A stretch of 64,000 bases of DNA from the NCBI GenBank assembly GCA_001724265.1, contig MEDY01000004.1, positions 1 through 64,000 of the forward strand, read 5' to 3'. How positions within the stretch are numbered: the first letter of the stretch is position 1; every line of letters begins with the position of its first letter. The DNA is from Rhizaria sp. SCN 62-66 (taxonomy: Eukaryota). The notes under the pieces are model-generated. The model saw nothing but the letters and a program-made list of their open reading frames with translations, searched no databases and had not been told where the DNA came from. A program made the position numbers and the translations under genes. Below are positions 48,033 through 58,300 of the stretch, in pieces.

Positions 48033-48565
48033 GCGACAGAGACGAGCAAAGCTGTTTCATTTGGCACAACAAAGGATTGATGAGGATTTAGATGATGAGA
48101 TTGAAATATAATATTGAAATGGTAATAAATTATACCGAAGTCAGCCCATATATCGATTAGACAACCTTTCACTGCGTGCATATTCGGTTTAGACTCGCGC
48201 CCCACTCCCTTAATTCAGAGGGACTGGCAGGGAGAGGGGGAGCACCGAAGTCGGAGCTACAACGAACCCAATATCATCCTTTCGATCGTACAGCGCAGCT
48301 GAGATGTGCATCAACGAATATTATTTGTAGTTCTAACTATATTTCCAATTCTTTGTGCAATGAATCGCACACCGTAGTGCGCAAATCCTGATTTTCGGAT
48401 TTAGGGTCGGCTTCGAGAACTTATTTGTGGTCGTTTAAAACGGAAGCGCTCGGATCATGATCATGTCCTCGATTTAGTATATAGCTGCTACCGACACTAT
48501 CTACACGCTATGGTCAATCCTCTCATCACGAATTTTTTTCCCTTGTCTCCTGTTGTATCGCAGAA

Positions 48566-49972
48566 ATGGCATCACTTTTCCGTAGCGTAGCCGAATTCTT
48601 GACTCCCGTCCTCAACACATCCCAATTCTACGAGGTACGCCCATCATGCTGATCTTTTCAACCGACAAACCACCTCCATTCATTTGCATAATAGTCTTTT
48701 TTCTCTCACACGCACACACTTTGTTTTTGCCGGTATTGTATTCGCTCCCCAGAATGGCGTGCTGACTCCCGAGGAGTTCGTCAAAGCAGGCGACCAGGTG
48801 GTGGCCAAGTGCCCGACGTGGCAGTGGGCCGCCGGCGACCCCGCCAACGCCAAGCCCTACCTGCCCAAGGACAAGCAGTTCCTCATCACGCGCAACGTGC
48901 CCTCGACGCGCCGCGCCGCCGACCTCAACGCCGCCGCGGACGAGTTCCTGCTCAAGTCTGACTCCGCGCCGGCCAACCCCGACTCGTGCGCTGCTGGCGC
49001 CGGCGCCGGCGCTGGCGACGATGGGGCCGACGACTGGGTCGTGACTCACGCGCAGTCCGCCGCCGCGCTCGCCCCCGCGGCTGCCGCCCCCAGCGCAGCG
49101 CCCGCTGCCGCCCCTGCCGCCGAGGAAGCGATTCCGGACCTGGACGACTTCGAGTTCGATCAGCCCGAGCATGCTGACGCCGACGTCATCAAGCCCGCCG
49201 AGGCCGCCGCCGCCGCGGCGACTGCCCCCGCGGCCGCTGCGGCAACTGCGAGCGCGAGTACCGTCGTCAACAACGCCGCGGTGGAGCAGCCGCGCACGTA
49301 CGACCTGTCGATCTGCTACGACAAGCGGTACCGCACGCCGCGCGTGTTCCTGTTGGGCTACGCGGCGGGCCGCGGCCAGGGCAGCGCTGTGCTTGCCGCA
49401 GCGGACGTGATGCAGGACGTGTCGGGCGACCATGCGTTCAAGACGGTGACGCAGGAGCCGCACCCGCACTCGGGCGTCACACAGCTCTCCATCCACCCAT
49501 GCCGGGTACGTCCACATGCTTGAAACTAATATGTTTCCGAAACGTGTTTTCTGCTCAACTATCCTACTTATTGATAACCTACTTACTCACGACCATTGCT
49601 CACTGCTTTGTTCTTTGACCCACACACACCCCGCAGCACTCGGAGACGATGAAGCGTCTGCTCGACCGCATGCTCGACGCCGAGGTTGACGCCGCGCGCG
49701 AGCGTCTCTCCGCGGGCGCCGGCGCCGCCTCAGCCGCCGCCGCCGAGGACGCCGCGCGCTTCCAACACCTGCCTGCCTCTGAGCGGCCGCCGACCGCCAC
49801 CGTGGGCGCCCCACTGACGGGCGCGGCGCTGGAGAAGGCGGCGGCCGAGGAGGGCCGCAAGGCGTTCGAGCGCAAGATGCCCGTGGAGAAGTACATCTTC
49901 CTGTTCCTTAAGTTTATCGCGAGCGTGATCCCCACGATCGAGTACGATTATACCATCGCCATGCAGCTCTGA
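48566..49972 (+). CDS. ATG3: Autophagy E2-like enzyme ATG3, ~385 aa
   Basis: Exons 48566-48634, 48753-49505, 49637-49972; LTPV…F…GVLTPEEFV.AGD, PTWQW, KQFLITRNVP, RTYDLSI.YDK.YRTPR, catalytic IHPCR|H across intron 2, FLKF…VIPTIEYDYT. Confidence 0.98.
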
Positions 49973-50636
49973 GCAATGTAGCTCTGAGCAATGAGTTGAA
50001 GAGTTATGATATGCTATAAATTCGGCAAATCGCATGGTGTGGCGCCAAAACAAACATGAAAACGTTCAATGAACTGCGTTTTATCTGTGTGCTTGGCGCT
50101 GTCGCAAATGGCCAACGTTCTATGTCGCAAATACATTTTTAGATTTAGATTTCACCTCTAATCTCACAGGTCACTGCTGCTCTCGCGCGGCTTTCTGAGA
50201 CCGTGCTCACAGTCACTTCGATCCTCAGGCTTAACTTTGCCCGAACTTTAGGCGGGCGTTTGTCGGTGTTATGAGCTTGAATTGATGCTAGAGATGATAT
50301 GATCAAAGAGAAATCAATGACAGCTGCGTTGTTTCTTGTTAATAGCTGTCGTCCAAGTTGCTCGCATGGATCTGTCGGCGGCATTTGTCTCGGCATCAGT
50401 GCCCTCGACTGGACTCGATGCCGCACCTGCGCTTTCTTCTAAGATTAATGACATTCCCAGTTATTAGTAAAGATAGAATTTGTTCTATATTTTTTTCGCG
50501 TCATATTCAGCACATTATAGAGTGTGATCTTTAAACTTACGCATCCTTTCCTGTTCTATGACCTCTCCTTTGCCACGCCCACCGTGCTTCACTGCGTGCT
50601 CTGCCCAGACCCAAGCGTCTCTGCCCACGGCTGAAA

Positions 50637-53600
50637 ATGTCGGGTAAAGACCAATCCAAGGGTACTGGCGCCGCGCCTGCGCCCTCTTCCGCGCTCCCCG
50701 AGCGCGCGGCGCCCGTGGCTGACTTGTTCCAGCCCGGCGCGTTCGGCGCCCCCGGTTCGTACGCCTACGGTGGCTACGGCGTCGACCCCTACTCGGCCCA
50801 CGCGCCGCACGGCCACGCGCACGCGCACCACGGCGCCCCCGAGCAGTTCGGCTACGGCGGCTTCTCCAACCTTGCGCCCTTCCCGTACTACGGCAACGCG
50901 CTGGGCGGCGTCGGCGTCGGCGGCGCCCTCGGTGGCCCCCTCGGTCTCATGGGCATCGATATGCAGCAGGGCCCCGGTGGCGCGGCCTCCGCGGGCGCCG
51001 CCGCCGGCCCCAACGGCGCCGGCACCGCCAGCGGCCCCGGCACCGCCGCGGGCTTTTCCCTCGCGCGCGACCTGGCCGCCGTCTCGCTCTCTGGCGCCGG
51101 CGCCGGCTCTGGCGCCAACGGCGGCGCCGGCAAGCCCCTCGGCGTCGTCGTCGGCTCGGCAGCCTCGCACGTCACCCCCGGCTTCGTCCCCGGCGACGAG
51201 ACCGCGGCTGCGGACTTCCACGACCGCTCCCCGGGCGGCTTCCCCTACGCCGCCGCCATCGACGGTCCCGCGGGCGCCGCGGGCGCTGCGGGCGCCAACG
51301 CCGCCGCGGCCGACGGCGCACTGCTCGCGTCTGGCGCCGACGCCGGGTCCGTGGCGGCCGCCAACGGCGCCGTGTGGGACGAGTCGGCGCTGCCGCCGCA
51401 TGCGTGCTCGTACTGCGGGATTCACGCTTCGGACGCTGTGGTGCGCTGCACGTGCTGCAACAAGTGGTTCTGCAACTCCAAGGGCGTCACCAACGCGTCG
51501 CACATCGTCACGCACCTGGTGCGCTCCAAGCACAAGGAGGTCGCGCTGCACGCCGACTCGCCGCTCGGTGACACGGCGCTCGAGTGCTACTCGTGCGGCG
51601 CGCGCAACATCTTCCTGCTCGGCTTCGTGCCCGCGCGCGCCGACAACGTCGTTGTGCTGCTGTGCCGCACGCCGTGCCTGCACTCGCCGGCCCTCAAGGA
51701 CATGCCGTGGGACTTCGCGGGGTGGATGCCGCTGATCGAGGACCGGCGCTTCCTGACGTGGCTGGTCGCTGAGCCGGGCAAGGAGGCGCTGGCGCACGCG
51801 CGGCCGCTCAACTCGACGCTCATCGCGCGGCTCGAGGACATGTGGCGTGCCCGCCCGCGCGCGCGTCTGCAGGACCTGGAGGAGGCGGAGAAGGAGGAGG
51901 AGGTCGAGGCCGCGTGCCTGCAGTACGCCGACGCGTACCACTTCCAGAACGTGATGGCGCCGCTGGTCGGCCTCGAGGCCGAGTATGACCGCCGCACCAA
52001 GGAGATGCAGGCGCAGGACGGCATCACCGTCGCCTGGGACACGTCGTCGACAGGCAAACTGCTCGCGTCCTTCTGCTTCTACCTGCACGAGGAGGCGGCG
52101 CTGCGCGTGGTGCCCGGTGACGAGATCGTGCTCACGCGCACCGCCGAGGTGCGGTCCTGGGCCGGCGCGGGCACTGTGCTCAAGATCGGCGCTGAGGGCC
52201 GCGTCACGCTCGCCATCACTAAGGGCTCCAGCGACGCGCCCGTCGACTGGCCGCACGGCTACCGCGCGCAGCTGACGTGGAAGTCGGTGACGTACGACCG
52301 CATGCAGGTGGCGCTGCGCTCGCTGGCCATGAAGCCCGAGTCGCTGACGCCGCCGCTCTACGCCGCGCTCATGGGCCGTGCGCCGGCGCAGGTGGGCCCG
52401 CCGCTCGAGGTGTCGCTGCCGGAGAACCTCGGCGCGCCCGGGCTGCCGGGGCTGAACCCGTCGCAGTCGGCCGCCGTGTGCGCCGTGCTGCCGCAGCCCG
52501 TGTCGCTGATCCAGGGCCCGCCCGGCACGGGCAAGACGCTCACCTCGGCCACCATCGTCTACCACCTGCACACGCAGCACAAGACGCAGGTGCTGGTGTG
52601 CGCGCCGTCCAACGTCGCCGTGGACCACCTGGCGGAGAAGATCCACGCCACGGGGCTGCGCGTGGTGCGCGTGGCGTCCAAGTCGCGCGAGGCCGTGCAG
52701 TCCTCGGTCGACGCGCTCTCGCTCCACGTGCTCGTGCGCCAACTCGCGCTGCGCTCCGAGGGCGAGCTGGCGCAGCTGCAGCGCATGCGCGACGACAACC
52801 AGGGCGAGATGCGGCCCGCGGACGAGGCGGCGTACCGCACCAAGATCCGCGCCGCCGAGCGTGCGCTCATCATGGCCGCCGATGTCGTGTGCACCACGTG
52901 CGCGGGCGCCGGCGACCCGCGTCTGCAGTCGCTCAAGTTCCGCCACGTGCTCATCGACGAGGCGACGCAGGCGACCGAGCCCGAGTGCCTGCTGCCGCTC
53001 ATCGCCGGCGCGCGCCAGGTCGTGCTGGTCGGTGACCACTGCCAGCTGGGGCCCGTCGTCATGTGCAAGGCCGCCGCCAAGGCCGGCTACAACCGCTCGC
53101 TGTTCGAGCGCCTCATCCTGCTGGGCCACCAGCCGCTGCGCCTCCAGGTGCAGTACCGCATGCACCCCGCGCTGTCGGCCTTCCCCTCGGCCATGTTCTA
53201 CGACGGGTCGCTGCAGAACGGCGTGTCGGCCGAGGACCGCACGCTGCCGCCGCTCGCGCTGCAATGGCCGCAGCCCGAGGCGCCAATGTTCTTCCTCACC
53301 TCGACCGGGCTGGAGGAGTACTCGGGCTCGGGCGTGTCGTTCCTGAACCGCTCCGAGGCCGCCAACGTGGAGCGGCTCGTGGCGATGCTCTTCGCGTCGG
53401 GCGTGCGCCCGCACCAGATCGGCATCATCACGCCCTACGAGGGCCAGCGCCTGCACCTGCTCTCGCTCTTCGCGCGTCCCAGCTCGCCGCTGGCCGCACT
53501 CGCCGCCTCGGGCGCGGCCTCTGAGCTGGAGGTCGCGTCCGTCGACTCGTTCCAGGGCCGCGAGAAGGACTTCGTGATCCTGACGTGCGTGCGCTCCAAC

Positions 53601-54332
53601 GAGCACGGCGACGTGGGCTTCCTCTCGGACCCGCGCCGCATGAACGTCGCCCTCACGCGCGCTAAGTACGGACTTGTGGTCATGGGTAACCCGCGCGTGC
53701 TGGCGCGCCAGCCCCTGTGGCACGCGCTGCTGTCGCACTTCAAGCAGCAGGACCTCATCATGGAGGGCCCGCTGACGGCGCTGCGCCCCTCGGCCGCTCG
53801 CCTGCCGCAGCCGCGCGAGGCTGTGGCGCGCCGTGCGCTGCGCGTGCCCGTCGGTTTCGACCCCACGCGCACCTTCGCCAACGCCGCCGCTGCCGCTGCC
53901 GCTGCCGCTGCGGCCAACGCCAACGCTTCGGCCGCTTCCGCGGGCGAGGGCGTCGCTGCGGCCCCCGGGGCGAGCGCCGAGGCCGCGGCAGCCGCGACGG
54001 CTGCGCAGCGCGCCCTGGCGGACGCGGCCGACGCCGTGACCGAGGTGACCGCAATCGGGCTGGGTAACGTGCCCGTACCGCACGGCGCCATGTACATCAT
54101 CGCCGGCCACGGCTCCGCAGCCGCCACCGCGGGTGCTGGCGCGGTGAGTGTGGCCGCCATCCCGGCCGCCGCCGACGACGACGCCGCCGCCGCTGCTGCC
54201 GCTGCGAAGCCCGCTGCTGCGGCGACGACCGCTGCGGCGGCCGTGAGCGCGGCTGCGGGCAAGGGCGGCGAGGCCAAGAAGACCGAGGACGCGGCCGACA
54301 ACAAGGGCAAGGCCGCCAAGGCCAAGGGCTGA
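50637..54332 (+). CDS. UPF1: Nonsense-mediated decay helicase UPF1, intronless, 1231 aa
   Basis: CH domain (CSYCGIH, KWFCN, SHIVTHLVRSKH, LECYSCG, FLLGF); SF1 motifs QGPPGTGKT, APSNVAVD, DEATQ, LVGDH.QL, QYRMHP, VDSFQGREKD, RRMNVALTRAK. Confidence 0.99.
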   Translation: MSGKDQSKGTGAAPAPSSALPERAAPVADLFQPGAFGAPGSYAYGGYGVDPYSAHAPHGHAHAHHGAPEQFGYGGFSNLAPFPYYGNALGGVGVGGALGGPLGLMGIDMQQGPGGAASAGAAAGPNGAGTASGPGTAAGFSLARDLAAVSLSGAGAGSGANGGAGKPLGVVVGSAASHVTPGFVPGDETAAADFHDRSPGGFPYAAAIDGPAGAAGAAGANAAAADGALLASGADAGSVAAANGAVWDESALPPHACSYCGIHASDAVVRCTCCNKWFCNSKGVTNASHIVTHLVRSKHKEVALHADSPLGDTALECYSCGARNIFLLGFVPARADNVVVLLCRTPCLHSPALKDMPWDFAGWMPLIEDRRFLTWLVAEPGKEALAHARPLNSTLIARLEDMWRARPRARLQDLEEAEKEEEVEAACLQYADAYHFQNVMAPLVGLEAEYDRRTKEMQAQDGITVAWDTSSTGKLLASFCFYLHEEAALRVVPGDEIVLTRTAEVRSWAGAGTVLKIGAEGRVTLAITKGSSDAPVDWPHGYRAQLTWKSVTYDRMQVALRSLAMKPESLTPPLYAALMGRAPAQVGPPLEVSLPENLGAPGLPGLNPSQSAAVCAVLPQPVSLIQGPPGTGKTLTSATIVYHLHTQHKTQVLVCAPSNVAVDHLAEKIHATGLRVVRVASKSREAVQSSVDALSLHVLVRQLALRSEGELAQLQRMRDDNQGEMRPADEAAYRTKIRAAERALIMAADVVCTTCAGAGDPRLQSLKFRHVLIDEATQATEPECLLPLIAGARQVVLVGDHCQLGPVVMCKAAAKAGYNRSLFERLILLGHQPLRLQVQYRMHPALSAFPSAMFYDGSLQNGVSAEDRTLPPLALQWPQPEAPMFFLTSTGLEEYSGSGVSFLNRSEAANVERLVAMLFASGVRPHQIGIITPYEGQRLHLLSLFARPSSPLAALAASGAASELEVASVDSFQGREKDFVILTCVRSNEHGDVGFLSDPRRMNVALTRAKYGLVVMGNPRVLARQPLWHALLSHFKQQDLIMEGPLTALRPSAARLPQPREAVARRALRVPVGFDPTRTFANAAAAAAAAAAANANASAASAGEGVAAAPGASAEAAAAATAAQRALADAADAVTEVTAIGLGNVPVPHGAMYIIAGHGSAAATAGAGAVSVAAIPAAADDDAAAAAAAAKPAAAATTAAAAVSAAAGKGGEAKKTEDAADNKGKAAKAKG

Positions 54333-55355
54333 GGGCTGAGCCGTGTGCGCGGCGCCGTGACTACAGCGACTGCGATAGAGCCTGTGGGCGCGGCGGCTGC
54401 GAGCCCGGTGACGAACTGTGACGGCGGCGACGGCGCGAGCAGAGCTTGCGCTGTCGCTGCCGCTCCCTGGGTCTCCCTCTTTTTTCTCTGTTTCTCTCTG
54501 CAACAACCACAGTACGAGTAGTGTGCGCAGAGCAGCCCCGCCAACGAGCGACCAGTACAAGCTAGTGTGCCTACAAGCCAAGTCTCCACGACCGCGACCG
54601 CGACAGTGCTGAGCGTAGCTTTGCTTTGCTTTGCATTGCACGGGCTGCATGCGCTCTGACGCGCGCGTCCTCCTTCGTGCCTTCCCTTGCTTGACGGCAA
54701 GAAGGCGAGTCGAATGCGGCTTCGCTCTGAGCTGTGTGCTGTGATCGACCGCTGCTGGGACCAGTGAGCCCACCCCAACTCCCCAACTCTGACTGCGGCC
54801 GCCCCCCGTCCGCCCACCTGCCTGCCTTTTTGGCGCGGTGAGCCGGGAAGCGAGCGCAGTGTTTACTTTACAATGCAGGTTGCCTCATACAGACCCGACG
54901 CCGTACGTTGCTCTTTCCTTCGAGCGCTCACGTTTTGGTCTCTGGCGTGCCTGCGATTGTGTTTTTCACTTCGTGCTTCTAATATATAATACAGATTGCC
55001 AATTATCGACTTCATGTCAAACTATTTCCTCCTTGTGGTTGATCATTCCCCGAGTTGCATGCAATGAGATGGTAAAGAAGTACACTGCCTCAGAGGTATA
55101 GGGACTGTTCGGCTCACGCGCAAAGCCGAAGTTGAAACATCGTGAAGCCAATTTATGAAGGCAAATGATCGTCGATAATCGTGATGCCTTAAACACTTAA
55201 ATTATGTGGTGTATTCTAACTAGCTGTTTAATTGTACTACTCGAACTACCGATATTATTCTGTAGGCAACACTTCGTCCAACACATCTTAGTGGTCAAGA
55301 ACACAGTCTTGCAACTTCCGGATAGAGAGCCCCACAAGGGCGCAGCCTTGTCCAG

Positions 55356-58300
55356 ATGCTCTCCATTCAACGGATCATCCGGAACACGCGATGGGGTAGT
55401 TGTGCCGCGGCGCTAGGGGCTGTTACAGCCCCACTGTCTCGCACGCTGTCCAGCGCCCCTCCGCGGCCGTATGCTTCGAGTCGCCACTCAAATCCCAAGC
55501 GCCCCGGAATGCGCCCCGACAGCAACCCGTCGTACCAACCTCTTGAGACGACTGTGTTCAATGAGAACATTGAGTTAGACCCTTCGGCACTCATCCGCAT
55601 GCGCATTGAGGCCAAGCGCAGCCGTCTGCGGCCCGACCTGCCTCCGACCACTGTCAAGGTGCTCCCCACGCAGCGCGCCGTCTACGAGACCACCGCCGCC
55701 GCCGCGCGCGCCGTTCACGCCAGCCGCGGCTACGAACGCACGTGCACACATATCACGCGCATTACGCCGCGCAAGCCAGTGATTCCTTTGCCCCCGCGCG
55801 TGATTGACATCGCGCGCGATCCATTCACCGTACGTCTGCATCACTCTGAGTGCTGTTTCTCTGATGTGAATTTGCATAGACGTGTTGCTCACTCGTTTGG
55901 TTTTCTTCTCTTTTTTTTCTCTTCTTCACCGCGCAGTTTTGCACTGCGCCCGGCGCCGCCGTGCTGTCGGTGCTGCAGCAGGGCGTGCGCTTCGAGTCGC
56001 CATCCTTCTCGCTCATCCTCGCCGCGCCGCGCTTCCGCGCCGAGCGCGCGTTCCGCCACAGCCTCGTGCGGTCCGCGCCCGACGACGCCGGCTTTGCGCG
56101 CCCGTTGCTGTGCCCGATCCGCGGTCCGCTGGGCTCCGAGACGGCTTCGTACGCCTTCAACCCCCTGGCCGCGGCCGCGACGGCGCTGAGCGACGACGCG
56201 CCAGCCTCGGCGCGCGCGCTGCACCGCGCCAACTACGACATCGCGGGACACTTCTCCAACGACAGTCTGTCGCAGGCTGGCGCGGGCGCGGTCAGTGCGG
56301 CCGCGATGATGTCGGCGCAGCGCGGACTGCAGCTCAACGTGCGCCTCGGCATAAAGGAGACCCGCTTCTCCGCTGCACGACGCATGCGCTTCAAGGCGCG
56401 CTCGATGAACGCACTCGCATATAAGGTACTGAAATCAAAGCGTTTAACGCTGTGCTCATATATTTTTTATATTTTTTTATGTATCTCTTGATTAACCGTA
56501 ACTCACACGAGATCTTCTTTGCTCTTAATGTTCTCTCTGTAGTCCACCGGCGTCAATTGTATGTTCGCCATCACGCCGTCAAAGACGCTCATCTCGCGAC
56601 GCGCCGTGGACCGCAACAAGGTGCGTCGCCGGTTGCACGGCGCGCTACTTGCGACGCTGCCGCAGCTGCTGTCGCCGCACGTGTTCTGCGACCTCGTGCT
56701 CCTGGCCAAGCCCGTGGCGCTCCTGCAGTCGCCGCAAGGGCTGTGTCTCGAGCTCCGCACGGCGATGCTTGCACTGCTATCGGGCGGCTACCCCGCCGAC
56801 GCGGCCGCCAGCGGCGACGGCGCCCACGGCGTCGTGCCCGGCTCGGCCCCCGCCAGCGCGGCGAACAGGCCCGTGGTTTACGCGCACCCCTTCTGGGTCT
56901 CCTCCGAGGGCTCCGGCCCCGGCACGCAGAGCGACCTGCGCTTCGCGGCCGCCTCGCCCGCCATGGAGGCGCTGGGTCTCACCGCAGGCGACGGCGGCGC
57001 GCTGGCCGCGCTGCGCTCGCGGCCGTTCCGCCACGCGGGCGCCGTTTCCATCGCACGGTCGTGCCCGCGGGACCCTGCGCGGCAGATCTTCAGCGGGCTG
57101 CTGGGCCCGCTCAGCTACCGCAGGCACCTCGCCGCGCCGCTTGCGCAGCGTCTCTGGTGCAACATGCGCCGGCTGGAGCGTGCGCGGGTGCCTTGGTACC
57201 GCGAGGGCGTCACTTTCGGCGTTAGTGCTGCCGCGTTGAACGGCGAAAAGCAGCCTCTAAAGCAGCATGAACGTACTCAAGCCCAAGCAGCAAATGCATC
57301 TGCGATGGCGAATGCCCACCGCGGCCGCAAGAAGGCTGCGCGGAGGCCTGCATCGAGCTCGCGTCGACTCGCGTCGGCCAGCACGACCGGCTCTGCACCG
57401 GCGCCGCGCGAGAGCTCGCCCGGTGCGTCTGCGCAGCGGGCTTTTGCAACCGCGACCGGTGCGCGCAGTGACCCTGATGAGGATGGATACGACAATGAAT
57501 GTGCAGACAACGCCACGGTTGAGGATGAAGCGACGGGCACTGAGGACGCAGCAGCTGCAGCAGCAGCGACAACATCTGTTGGACAATGGCCGCCGTACGC
57601 GAACGTCCCGGCGCAGTACTCCCCACTGTGGCTACTGACCACAGCACAGCGCAACGCAGCCGCGAGTGCGCATCTGCAACCGCGACGGATGTTCCCGCTT
57701 AGCGAAGACCTTGCCGCGCCCGCGCCCGACGCACGCTACCTGCTGGCCAGTGAGCTCACGCGCACGGGTATTGCGGACGCCCTGGTGCAGCTTCCGCCTC
57801 GTCAGGCGTTTGCGGAACTAAAGCGCGTGGAAAACGATGCGCGTAATTGGGGTGTTGCTGCTGCAGTTGCTGCCGCTACGCAACGTCTTCCGCAGCCACC
57901 GCAACCGCCTCCTTTGCAGAACTCGCGGTTGCTATCTGATATTAAGAGCGAGCCTGCTGAGGCTGACGCGTTGCTTCGAGCCGCGACGGCGACGCCTGCA
58001 GTTGCAGGCCCCGTGCTTGCGTCAGCCGTTCTTGGCTACCCGCAGGCGAGCTGGCTGGTGCTGCCCTCTGCACTAACGCCGTCGCCGCGGCATGCGTGGG
58101 CCTACCCCGCCGTCGATGTTGCTTTCGACGCGGCGCACGAGCGGCCTTTCCGTCGCATCGAAGCCATTGAAGCCGCCGCGGCGAGTGTGGACACTAAAAA
58201 CGCGGACGCGGGTATCACGCCTGTCATCGCTGCAGCTGTGTGTCCTGGCTCCTCACTGTCGTGGGTCACTTCGCAGGAACTGCCCGAAGCCAATACGTCG

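Noticed and set aside
50589-54773. 1394-aa ORF antisense to UPF1
   Set aside because: Shadow ORF produced by high GC3 codon bias; no ATG start, no motifs.
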